From Planctomycetota bacterium (GTDB taxonomy: Bacteria; Planctomycetota; UBA1135; UBA2386), in contig CANMWZ010000061.1 of NCBI GenBank assembly GCA_947501605.1, positions 1 to 12,794 of the forward strand: a DNA stretch of 12,794 nt, written 5' to 3'. A program made the translations under genes and the position numbers. The notes beneath the pieces were generated by a model, which was given only the letters and a program-made list of their open reading frames with translations, ran no database searches and was not told the origin of the DNA. Positions 1 to 7,098 of the stretch are shown here, piece by piece. Every line of letters begins with the position of its first letter. Positions within the stretch are counted from its first letter, which is position 1.

Positions 1-52
1 TCGGCAACGCAGCGGCGAGCCGCTGCATGCGTCGGCCGAGCACGAGCTTCAT
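1..52 (-). CDS. possible 5' end of a gene running off the left edge (MKLVLGRRMQRLAAALP...)
   Basis: ATG at 52-50 is open to the window edge and co-oriented with the upstream genes. The basic-then-Ala-rich start resembles a signal peptide. Only 17 codons are visible. Confidence 0.25.
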   Translation of the reverse strand, partial: MKLVLGRRMQRLAAALP

Positions 53-142
53 CGCAGCTATGTGTTGCGGGAGATTCGGTCGCTCGATCGTCGATGTGTC
101 GCGCTAGCCCATCAGGGACTTGATGCCGCGCCGGAGGTCTAT

Positions 143-259
143 GGCCGCCATTTCGGCCGCGTGCCGGCGGAGTCGGCGATTTTCACTGCAAATCGCCGGT
201 AGAGGCGGCGATTTGCGGAGGCTCCCCAGGGAGCCTCCTGCGCTGGACCCCTTCGGTCC
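143..259. other. cluster of tandem inverted repeats (hairpins) downstream of the argS tail copy
   Basis: Stems read by eye: GGCCG 143-147/CGGCC 154-158; GCAAATCGCCG 188-198/CGGCGATTTGC 206-216 (11 bp, 7-nt loop); GGAGGCTCCC 217-226/GGGAGCCTCC 229-238 (10 bp); GGACC 245-249/GGTCC 255-259. No clear U-tract follows them. Confidence 0.7.
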
Positions 260-264
260 CGTGG

Positions 265-487
265 CCGCCCGTCCGCCTACATCCGTTCCGGCGGCGTGAT
301 GCCGAGCAGCGACAGCCCAGTCACCAACAACCGCCTGGCCGCTTCGACCAGCAACAACCTCGCATCGCGAACCGCCGGCTCGACCCCGAGCACGTGGTGG
401 TCGCGCAGGTAGCTGTGGATCTCGCCCGCCAGCGCGATGGTGTGCGCCGTGACGATGCTCGGTTCGCTCTGCTCGGCCGCGCGTTGC
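265..487 (-). repeat. direct repeat copy A of the argS 3' end (223 bp)
   Basis: Aligns without gaps to 2966-3188 (offset 2701). Mismatches only at 271, 272, 337, 351, 383, 421, 424 and 484. Confidence 0.97.
277..487 (-). pseudogene. argS: argS 3' fragment (last 69 residues, QRAAEQSEPS...GITPPERM, plus stop), lacking its own start
   Basis: The translation is identical to the C-terminus of 2978-4708 except for one A->V change. Homology stops abruptly at 487, 6 bp from the stop codon of the 791-aa gene and out of frame with it. Confidence 0.9.
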
Positions 488-493
488 CGTTCG

Positions 494-2869
494 CTACCGC
501 TGCTCGAACGTGCAGAGGGCGACTTCGTGCGCATCACCGCGCAATGGATCGGTTCGGCCGATGGTCCTGAACCCGCCGGCCGCTGGCTCGACGAGTTCGA
601 GGACGGTCCCTTTTGGCAGCGCGACCGGTAGGCGAACCAGGCCTGAGACGTCGCCTACGCGGATCGACGCCGATTGCGGCAAGCGCACTACCGGACGCAC
701 CAGAGGTTCGTCCGGGCGCTCCTTGTGACGCAGCAGCAGATGGACCTCGCCACGGCGGAACTCGCAGACGGTGTCTACTGGGTGCTTTGCGGTCACTCTT
801 CCAGGTCGCCCGCGGAGGCGTGTGGAAGTGCGCGGGTCCGACCACTCGAATCCGTAGTCACCGGGCGGCAGCGCGGTCTCTGCGATCAGGTCCGTCCCTT
901 CGCGCTTCACGGGGATGGAGCCCAGGCGCCATGGCCATCGCTCCCCGGCGACATCGAGGTCGCGCACGACGTGGATCCAGTCGCCTGCCGCAGGGCCAGG
1001 GTCGCCCGAAAGCTGGAGGCGAACGGGTACTGCGAGCGCGTCGTCGCAGGGGATCTCGACATCGTCGACGCCATCCTCGACGCGCACGAACACCTGGCGC
1101 ATTGCATCTTCTGCTCGGATCGATCGCCGATGGAGGAGCCATCCCGTCGTCGCAGTGCGCTGTAGTTCGAATCGGCCTTCGTGCAGTTCGGCTTGGACCG
1201 AAGTGTTCCAGCGATCTCGATCGGCGAACAGATGGACAGTTCCACCGACGTCCTGGCGCAATGCGCCATTCGCGTCGACCAAATGCCCCCTGAGCACTTT
1301 GGATGGCACAAGTGAGAGTTGCACGGAAAGGCCTCGGCGCGGGATCTCGCATGCGTGCGTCATGTGTCCGACGGCGCGCGCGCGAACGAAGGTGCGCGTC
1401 GATGGCGCAACCTGGAGAACCACTTCGCCGAAGGTGTCCGTCTCCCCGGAAGTGACAAGGCGGACCCCTGCCATGCCGATGCCACTAGGATCCGTGTCCG
1501 GCTCGCGCACCGTCACCTCTGCTGTACGAGCCATCTCCACGCCGCCGGAGCACTCGATCACTTCCACCACAGCGCCAGTGAGCGGTCCGCTTTGCTCCCC
1601 TCGTACGAAGACCCGGATCGGTTGGACCTCTCCCAGATCCTGAACGAAGTCGCGGGTCGTGGCGTCCTCCCGTTCGACCGAGAAATCACTGAGGCTCCAC
1701 GCGAAGGTTACTCCGTCGATCGAGCCTCGCACGATTGCGTCCGGTTGCGCAAGAGGCGGTAGCGCAAGCCATCCATCGATGGTGACCATCGATACGTACT
1801 CGTGGTTCGACGATCCGAATGTGCGCGGATCTCGTGGCATGCGGATGGTGGGGGACTGCAGGGAGGTCGGCCGCCCTCCTCTTCGAATCTGCGCGCGGTC
1901 CGTCGTGCGGCGCGCGAGTACGATTCGTGCTTCGTCGCCGAACAGTACGGGGCCGAACGATGGAACCTCGCGCCATCGTGGGTCGCCGCGGGCGACGGTG
2001 AGGAATGTGTAGTCGTCGTCGCCTGCGCGCCGAGCAAGACGAAAGCTGCCCTGTGCGTCCGTGAGTGCCTTTCCCGAGCCGCTCTGGATGACGACTTCCG
2101 CGCACGGCACGCCATCCCTGTCCGTGACCGAGCCGCGCAGGAGTTGATCGACCAACGGCCCGACGCGAAGCGCGATCGGTGTAGTCGAGCCGTCGACGAG
2201 GAACAGTGCCGGCACGATCGCAGTGCCCTGCTCAGCGGATTGGACCGACCACCAGCCGGGGAGCAGGTCGGCGACCACGAGTGTCCCGCTCGATTCGACC
2301 GTGAGCAGGGACGGTGCGGTACGACTCACCCGGACGTCCTCCGGTTGGCTCGGCTGCTGGAGTCGCAGTTGGATGCGGGACGAGAGGGCGTCGACCAGGG
2401 TCACATCGAAGGTCACTGCGAGTGGTCGTTGCAAGAGCACGGGCTCGCTCCGTTGTTCCAACGGCGTCCGCACCTGTCCCCGACCGTAGACCGAATGTGT
2501 GAACGTCCACGCCAAACCCTCACCTGGTGCGAAGGTGCCCTCCCCGTCGGTGGCGTGGGTTGTCGCTGGAGCTGTCGCCGAAACACGGAACGCGCGCAGA
2601 GCCATGCCGGTCACGGCTCGTGAATCGTTGGCATCGACGAACCGTTGGCGCTCGACTCCGACCGCGTCACGCGACTGCGCAGAAGGCTCGGGGGGCATGA
2701 GCCTCGTTGCCTCGAGGGCGGCGGGCGAAGTAGCAGCCACCGAGTCCGAACCTGATTCCGAAGGCACGCCGGGCGCGACATCTTCGCTGCCGGACAGAAG
2801 CGCAACGCCGCCGCCGAGCAGCAGGATGCCGAACCCTGAGGCGAGCCACTTCGCGGTCCTGGAATGCAT
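494..2869 (-). CDS. membrane-anchored/secreted protein with carboxypeptidase-regulatory-like (CnaB/Ig-like beta-sandwich) repeats, 791 aa
   Basis: N-terminal hydrophobic helix (WLASGFGILLLGGGVALL) and a S/P/A-rich linker. Then repeats of the G-x-V-x-D-x-x-G-x-P...T-D-x-x-G-x-F type: LRGSVTDRDGVPCAEVVI...TDAQGSFRL, VRGEQSGPLTGAVVEV...TDTFGEVVL, LRGHLVDANG...EGRFEL, TDGEGTF. Confidence 0.75.
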   Translation of the reverse strand: MHSRTAKWLASGFGILLLGGGVALLSGSEDVAPGVPSESGSDSVAATSPAALEATRLMPPEPSAQSRDAVGVERQRFVDANDSRAVTGMALRAFRVSATAPATTHATDGEGTFAPGEGLAWTFTHSVYGRGQVRTPLEQRSEPVLLQRPLAVTFDVTLVDALSSRIQLRLQQPSQPEDVRVSRTAPSLLTVESSGTLVVADLLPGWWSVQSAEQGTAIVPALFLVDGSTTPIALRVGPLVDQLLRGSVTDRDGVPCAEVVIQSGSGKALTDAQGSFRLARRAGDDDYTFLTVARGDPRWREVPSFGPVLFGDEARIVLARRTTDRAQIRRGGRPTSLQSPTIRMPRDPRTFGSSNHEYVSMVTIDGWLALPPLAQPDAIVRGSIDGVTFAWSLSDFSVEREDATTRDFVQDLGEVQPIRVFVRGEQSGPLTGAVVEVIECSGGVEMARTAEVTVREPDTDPSGIGMAGVRLVTSGETDTFGEVVLQVAPSTRTFVRARAVGHMTHACEIPRRGLSVQLSLVPSKVLRGHLVDANGALRQDVGGTVHLFADRDRWNTSVQAELHEGRFELQRTATTGWLLHRRSIRAEDAMRQVFVRVEDGVDDVEIPCDDALAVPVRLQLSGDPGPAAGDWIHVVRDLDVAGERWPWRLGSIPVKREGTDLIAETALPPGDYGFEWSDPRTSTRLRGRPGRVTAKHPVDTVCEFRRGEVHLLLRHKERPDEPLVRPVVRLPQSASIRVGDVSGLVRLPVALPKGTVLELVEPAAGGFRTIGRTDPLRGDAHEVALCTFEQR

Positions 2870-2923
2870 GAATCGAGAAGCCTCGTCGGAGCGGCCGGCC
2901 CTATCGCGCGCCCACCCGAGACC

Positions 2924-2941
2924 GGGGGACTCTACTCCCCC
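2924..2941 (-). promoter_or_regulatory. short hairpin GGGGGA-GTAGAG-TCCCCC containing a -10-like TAGAGT, upstream of the cargo gene
   Basis: 6-bp perfect inverted repeat 2924-2929/2936-2941. TAGAGT reads on the minus strand at 2934-2929, about 60 bp before the ATG at 2869. No convincing -35. Confidence 0.3.
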
Positions 2942-2965
2942 AGCGCTTCGCCAGCCCTTTGCACA

Positions 2966-3188
2966 CCGCCCACCCGCCTACATCCGTTCCGGCGGCGTGA
3001 TGCCGAGCAGCGACAGCCCAGTCACCAACAACCGCCTCGCCGCTTCGACCAACAACAACCTCGCATCGCGAACCGCCGGCTCGGCCCCGAGCACGTGGTG
3101 GTCGCGCAGGTAGCTGTGGATTTCACCCGCCAGCGCGATGGTGTGCGCCGTGACGATGCTCGGTTCGCTCTGCTCGGCCGCGCGCTGC
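2966..3188 (-). repeat. direct repeat copy B (3' end of the intact argS plus 12 bp downstream)
   Basis: 215/223 identity to 265-487 by manual alignment. Confidence 0.97.
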
Positions 3189-4708
3189 ACCGCCGTGCCG
3201 AAGTCCAGCATCACCAGCAGCACCTTCTCCGCATCGGCCAACTGAGAGAAGTCGACCTTGTCGATCGCCGGCACCGACTGCTCGCTCTTGCGCAGGATCG
3301 AGGACAGGCGCGCGCAGGCGTAGCTCACGTACGGCCCGGTCTCGCCCTCGAAGTTCAGCATCGTCTCCCAGTCGAACTTCACGTCCTTGATGCGCGAGTT
3401 CTTGAGGTCGTTGAACACGATCGCGGCGACGCCGACTTGTTCGGCGATGCGGTCCTTGTCCTCGAGGTCCGGGTTCTTCTCGGCGATGACCTTCGTCACC
3501 TTTCTGACCGCCTCGTCGAGGATCTCGTCGAGGAACACGGCATTGCCCGAGCGCGACGCGAACTTCTCCCACTTGCCCTCGTCGTTCTTGCTCAGGACAA
3601 GACCGAACGGCACGTGCTCGACGGCAGCAGCGATCGGCTCCTTCATTTTCACCAGCACGCCCTTCAACTGATCGAAGTGCAGCTTCTGCTCGGCGCCGAC
3701 GATGTAGAGGATGCGCGTCGGGTGGTAGGTGCTCTCGCGATAGAAGACCGCGGCGAGATCGCGCGTGTGATACAGCGTCGTGCCGTCGCTCTTGCGCAGC
3801 AGGCAGGGCGTCGCGATGCCCTGCTCCTTGAGCGTGACCACTTCGGCGCCTTCGCTGGTCTCCAGGATGCCCTTCTTGGCGACGCGCTGCATCGCGTCTT
3901 CCATCTTGTCCTCGAAGAAGGACTCGCCGGTGATCGCGTCGAACGTGACCGAGAGGCGTTCGTATGGGCCTTGGAACGCCTTGAGCGACTCGTCGCGCAA
4001 GAACTGCCACATGCGGCGTTCCTTGTTGTCGTCGCCACTCTCCAGCGCCTGGAAGTGCTTCGCCGCCTCGTCGTCGAGCGCCGGGTTGTCCTTCGCCTCT
4101 TTGCTGTAGCGCTTGTAGAGATCGAACATGTAGCGCATCGGCGCTTTTTGCAGTTCGGTCTCGTCGCCCCAGTGCATGTAGGCCGTCATCATCTTGGCGA
4201 AGGGCATGCCCCAGTCGCCGAGGTGGTTGATGCCGTGCACGGTCGCGCCGAGGTGGCGATGGATGCGGCACAGAGACGTGCCGATCACCGTGCTGCGCAT
4301 GTGGCCGATGTGGAAGGGCTTGGCGATGTTCGGCGAGCTGAAGTCGATGCAGACGACCTCCTTGCTCTTGGCGGCGGGGCCGTAGGGCGCTGCGTTCTGC
4401 AGGATGTCGGTCAGCACGTCCCTGGCGAGGGCGGCCCGTTGGAAGCGAAAGTTGACGAACGGCCCGGCAGCGACGGCGGCGGCGACGGTCGCGTCGGGCG
4501 CAATCGCTGCAGCAAGTTCAGCGGCTAGCGCTGGCGGCGCCTTGCCCATGGCCTTCGCCAACTGGAAGGCACCAAGAGCCACGTCGCCGTGCTCGCGGTT
4601 CTTCGGCGGTTCGAGGCGCAGCATCGGCTCGGCGTCCGTGCGGGACAGGCCGAGCCCTTGCAAGGCGTCGAGGAGTCGGTCGCGAAGATGACGTTGGAGT
4701 TGGCTCAC
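2978..4708 (-). CDS. argS: arginine--tRNA ligase (class I), 576 aa, GTG start
   Basis: N-terminal Add1 domain (HGDVA...LAK, AGPFVNF), IDFSSPNIAKPFHIGHMRSTVIG with the HIGH motif, HLGDWG, LRKSDGTTLYHTRDLAA, YIVGAEQKLHF, the KMSK-equivalent KFASRSG, NFEGETGPYVSYACAR and the conserved C-terminal LLGI..PERM. Confidence 0.99.
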   Translation of the reverse strand: MSQLQRHLRDRLLDALQGLGLSRTDAEPMLRLEPPKNREHGDVALGAFQLAKAMGKAPPALAAELAAAIAPDATVAAAVAAGPFVNFRFQRAALARDVLTDILQNAAPYGPAAKSKEVVCIDFSSPNIAKPFHIGHMRSTVIGTSLCRIHRHLGATVHGINHLGDWGMPFAKMMTAYMHWGDETELQKAPMRYMFDLYKRYSKEAKDNPALDDEAAKHFQALESGDDNKERRMWQFLRDESLKAFQGPYERLSVTFDAITGESFFEDKMEDAMQRVAKKGILETSEGAEVVTLKEQGIATPCLLRKSDGTTLYHTRDLAAVFYRESTYHPTRILYIVGAEQKLHFDQLKGVLVKMKEPIAAAVEHVPFGLVLSKNDEGKWEKFASRSGNAVFLDEILDEAVRKVTKVIAEKNPDLEDKDRIAEQVGVAAIVFNDLKNSRIKDVKFDWETMLNFEGETGPYVSYACARLSSILRKSEQSVPAIDKVDFSQLADAEKVLLVMLDFGTAVQRAAEQSEPSIVTAHTIALAGEIHSYLRDHHVLGAEPAVRDARLLLVEAARRLLVTGLSLLGITPPERM

Positions 4709-4877
4709 GGGGCGAGAGGCTGGCGGACGGGGTTGGCCGCGGGCGCGGAACGGGGCGGATCAGGATAGCGTCGAAGTGTTGGCGCGGCGAAGGCGCGCCC
4801 TGGCTTCCTGCGAGAGCATGGTGGAATGCGCGAAGGCCACCTCGAACGAACGCTGCACCTGCCGCAGTGAGCCGTCT

Positions 4878-5924
4878 TCAGTACTTCAACGCCAACTCGA
4901 TCGCGTCGAGCTTGAACCTGCTGACCAGCTCGTACCACTCGCGCTTGCTGATCTTCCGCCGCTTCATGATCCGCGCGCGGGCTCGCAGCATGCGCGGCAA
5001 GCCCCACAGTGCGGCGACGTAGGCGCGCAACATCAGCCACGCCAACTGGAACCACGAGTACTCCTTCACGAAGTCACTCGACAGCCCGCTGTGCGTCGCT
5101 GCCGCATAGCCCTGCATCATGTAGCGATTGAGCGAGAACATCGGGCTCATCAGCAGGATGAAGCGCGGCAGCAGCTTGACTGCGTTCCAGATGCGGTTGC
5201 GCTCGACGTGGTAGGCCTTGAACTTCGAGTAGTTGCCGGCGCTCGCTGACTTGTGGTGCAGGATGCGCGAGGTCGGCACGTACCAACACTTCCAACCTCC
5301 GAGCTGCCCGCGCATCGCGATGTCGAGGTCCTCGAGGTAGCAGAAGTAGGCTTCGTCGAAGTCGCCGGTGTCGGCGAGCATCGTCTTGCGATAGGCGCAG
5401 GCGCAGCCGTGCGGGGCGAGCACTTCCTCAGCGCGGTCGTACTGACCGAGGTCTTTCTCTTGCCATGCGCGCGGGCGGCAGACGCCGTCGGGGTAGAGCA
5501 GGAGCCCCGCCGAGTCGAAGACGTTCGGTTCGCCCATCCGGTGGATGCGGCACGCGAGCATGCCGATGTCGGGCTTGCCCGCGACGAATCGCATCAGCTC
5601 GGTGATCGCGCTGGTGTCGGCTACCGCGTCGGGGTTGAGCAAGAACACCCATTCGCCCGTTGCCATCGCGAACGCTTGGTTGTTGCCGCGGGCGAAGCCT
5701 TCGTTCTTGGCGTTGCGGATCAGTCGCAGACGATCGCCGTAGGTCGTTGCCGCGCGCTCGTGGCTCCCGTCCTTGCTGGCATTGTCGACGAGGATGACTT
5801 CGAGGTCTGGCCAGTCCTGCGCAAACAACGACAGCAGGCAGGCGTCCAGCATCTCGCCCGCGTTGTAGTTGACGACGACCGCACTGACGCGTGGCGTGTA
5901 GGGCGCGGTCGAAGGAGAACTCAT
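4878..5924 (-). CDS. glycosyltransferase family 2 protein (GT-A fold, WbbL/RfbF-like), 348 aa
   Basis: VSAVVVNYN, VILVDNASKDGS, NEGFARGNN, FLLNPDA, GDFDEAYFCYLEDLD and HHKSAS are characteristic GT2 motifs. Confidence 0.95.
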   Translation of the reverse strand: MSSPSTAPYTPRVSAVVVNYNAGEMLDACLLSLFAQDWPDLEVILVDNASKDGSHERAATTYGDRLRLIRNAKNEGFARGNNQAFAMATGEWVFLLNPDAVADTSAITELMRFVAGKPDIGMLACRIHRMGEPNVFDSAGLLLYPDGVCRPRAWQEKDLGQYDRAEEVLAPHGCACAYRKTMLADTGDFDEAYFCYLEDLDIAMRGQLGGWKCWYVPTSRILHHKSASAGNYSKFKAYHVERNRIWNAVKLLPRFILLMSPMFSLNRYMMQGYAAATHSGLSSDFVKEYSWFQLAWLMLRAYVAALWGLPRMLRARARIMKRRKISKREWYELVSRFKLDAIELALKY

Positions 5925-6111
5925 GCGTCGTTGGTCGGCTCTTGCCCGGGGTCGGGACGAGGGCGCGCATCATGTGGCGGCGGCCGCCTCGCCGCCGCCG
6001 AAAAGCGCGCGGCCTTGGCGCGTGGGCAACGTCGATGCCACCGAGTGTTGCGGCTGCGCTGCTCATTGCGCGGTCGAAACCGAGCGCTGCGAGGGTAGCC
6101 TACTTCGACGA

Positions 6112-7077
6112 ATGAGCCCGTGCCCCGTGTGCAACTCGACTGCCGTCCGCATCCGCTGGACGGGCCTTGGCGACCGCTCGTTTGCGACCACGGCAGAACT
6201 CTTCGACCTCGCCCAGTGCGACGACTGCGGCTCGCGCTTTCTCGCTGACATCCCGCCGCTCGAAGAACTTGGGCGCTACTACCCCGACGACTACTGGGCG
6301 GGGCCGACGGACCAGGCGACCCACAAGCAGGCGCAGGGCGGGCTGCTCGAGGCGTATCGGCGCTTTGTGCTGCGCGACCACGTGCGCTTCTGCGGCAACG
6401 TGTTGAAGGCGCAGCGCGCGCGCGGCGTGGCAGTGCGCGTGCTCGACGTCGGATGCGGCGACGGTTCGTTCCTCGAAGCCCTCGGCGAGAAGAACGCGAT
6501 CGGCATGGACCTCGGTATGGCGGCGGTCTGGGCCGTGCGCGCGCGCGGCTTCCGCGCAGTGCGCGGCACGCTGTCGGACTGCCCGCTGGCCGACGGTTCG
6601 TTCTCGATGGTGACGGCCTTCCACTTCCTCGAACACGTGCACCCGGTCGGCCCGATCCTCGAAGCAGCGAAGCGGCTGTTGGCCAAGGACGGCGAGGTCG
6701 TGTTCCAGGTGCCGAACGCGGCGAGCTGGCAGGCGAAGCTGCTCGGCCGGCGCTGGCACGGCTTCGACGTGCCGCGGCACTTGATCGACTACACCGCGGC
6801 GACGTTCCGGCGCACTTTGGAGAAGCACGGCTTTCAAGTCGTGGCCGAGAACCAGCAGTGCCTGCGCGACAACCCGACGACGTTCGCGACCAGTGTGGCA
6901 CCGCGGTTGTTCCCGCCATCGCGATTGGCGCGCGGCGGCAAGGCCGAAGGGCTCGGGGCGACGGTCGCGAACCTGACCTACCTCGCGCTCACGGTGGCGG
7001 CGATGCCGTTCACCTGGTTCGAGGCGGCGTGCGGTCGCGGGGCGTCGGTGATGGTGCACGCGCGACCGCGGCGCTGA
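6112..7077 (+). CDS. class I SAM-dependent methyltransferase with N-terminal Zn-ribbon (CPVC...CDDC), about 321 aa
   Basis: VLDVGCGDGSFL (motif I), FSMVTAFHFLEHV, VFQVPN, W..FDVPRHL and YYPDDYW. The start is placed at ATG 6112 (MSPCPVC) because the 5923 start overlaps the divergent GT2 start. A -10-like TAGCCT lies at 6096-6101. Confidence 0.92.
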   Translation: MSPCPVCNSTAVRIRWTGLGDRSFATTAELFDLAQCDDCGSRFLADIPPLEELGRYYPDDYWAGPTDQATHKQAQGGLLEAYRRFVLRDHVRFCGNVLKAQRARGVAVRVLDVGCGDGSFLEALGEKNAIGMDLGMAAVWAVRARGFRAVRGTLSDCPLADGSFSMVTAFHFLEHVHPVGPILEAAKRLLAKDGEVVFQVPNAASWQAKLLGRRWHGFDVPRHLIDYTAATFRRTLEKHGFQVVAENQQCLRDNPTTFATSVAPRLFPPSRLARGGKAEGLGATVANLTYLALTVAAMPFTWFEAACGRGASVMVHARPRR

Positions 7078-7098
7078 GGCGTTGCGCCGCGAACTCCC

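Larger units (their letters stand above)
265..3188. mobile_element. putative integrase-less single-gene islet (2701-bp unit) inserted in the argS 3' end, bounded by long imperfect direct repeats
   Basis: The order is argS(intact)-cargo-argS'(3' fragment), as expected from Campbell-type integration. No recombinase or transposase lies between the repeats. Mobility is inferred, not shown. Confidence 0.5.

Noticed and set aside
277..496. Stop-codon readthrough fusing the cargo to the ArgRS tail
   Set aside because: The cargo stop (494-496) is not in frame with the fragment (offset 217 nt from 277, not a multiple of 3).
277..537. 86-aa ORF as a real mini-ArgRS protein
   Set aside because: Its first 17 residues come from an off-frame overlap with the cargo gene end and the spacer, and there is no evident RBS. 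It is better explained as an untranslated gene fragment.
494..2869. Foreign codon usage as proof that the cargo was horizontally acquired
   Set aside because: Rare CTA/TCA codons (antisense-frame stops) are visible, but the ABC-F gene shows a similar density. It cannot be established without computing codon statistics.
265..3188. Diversity-generating retroelement TR/VR pair
   Set aside because: The mismatches are not confined to adenines of one copy on either strand and are mostly synonymous. There is no reverse transcriptase in the window.
2864..4528. 554-aa plus-strand ORF and other long antisense or alternative-frame ORFs (e.g. 7393-8622, 9522-10472, 5921-6919)
   Set aside because: These are shadow ORFs of high-GC genes. 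They overlap well-supported CDSs and have no recognisable motifs.
5923..6111. 63-aa Cys-rich N-terminal extension of the methyltransferase
   Set aside because: It would start on top of the divergent GT2 start codon and fill the promoter region. The family-typical start is MSPCPVC at 6112.
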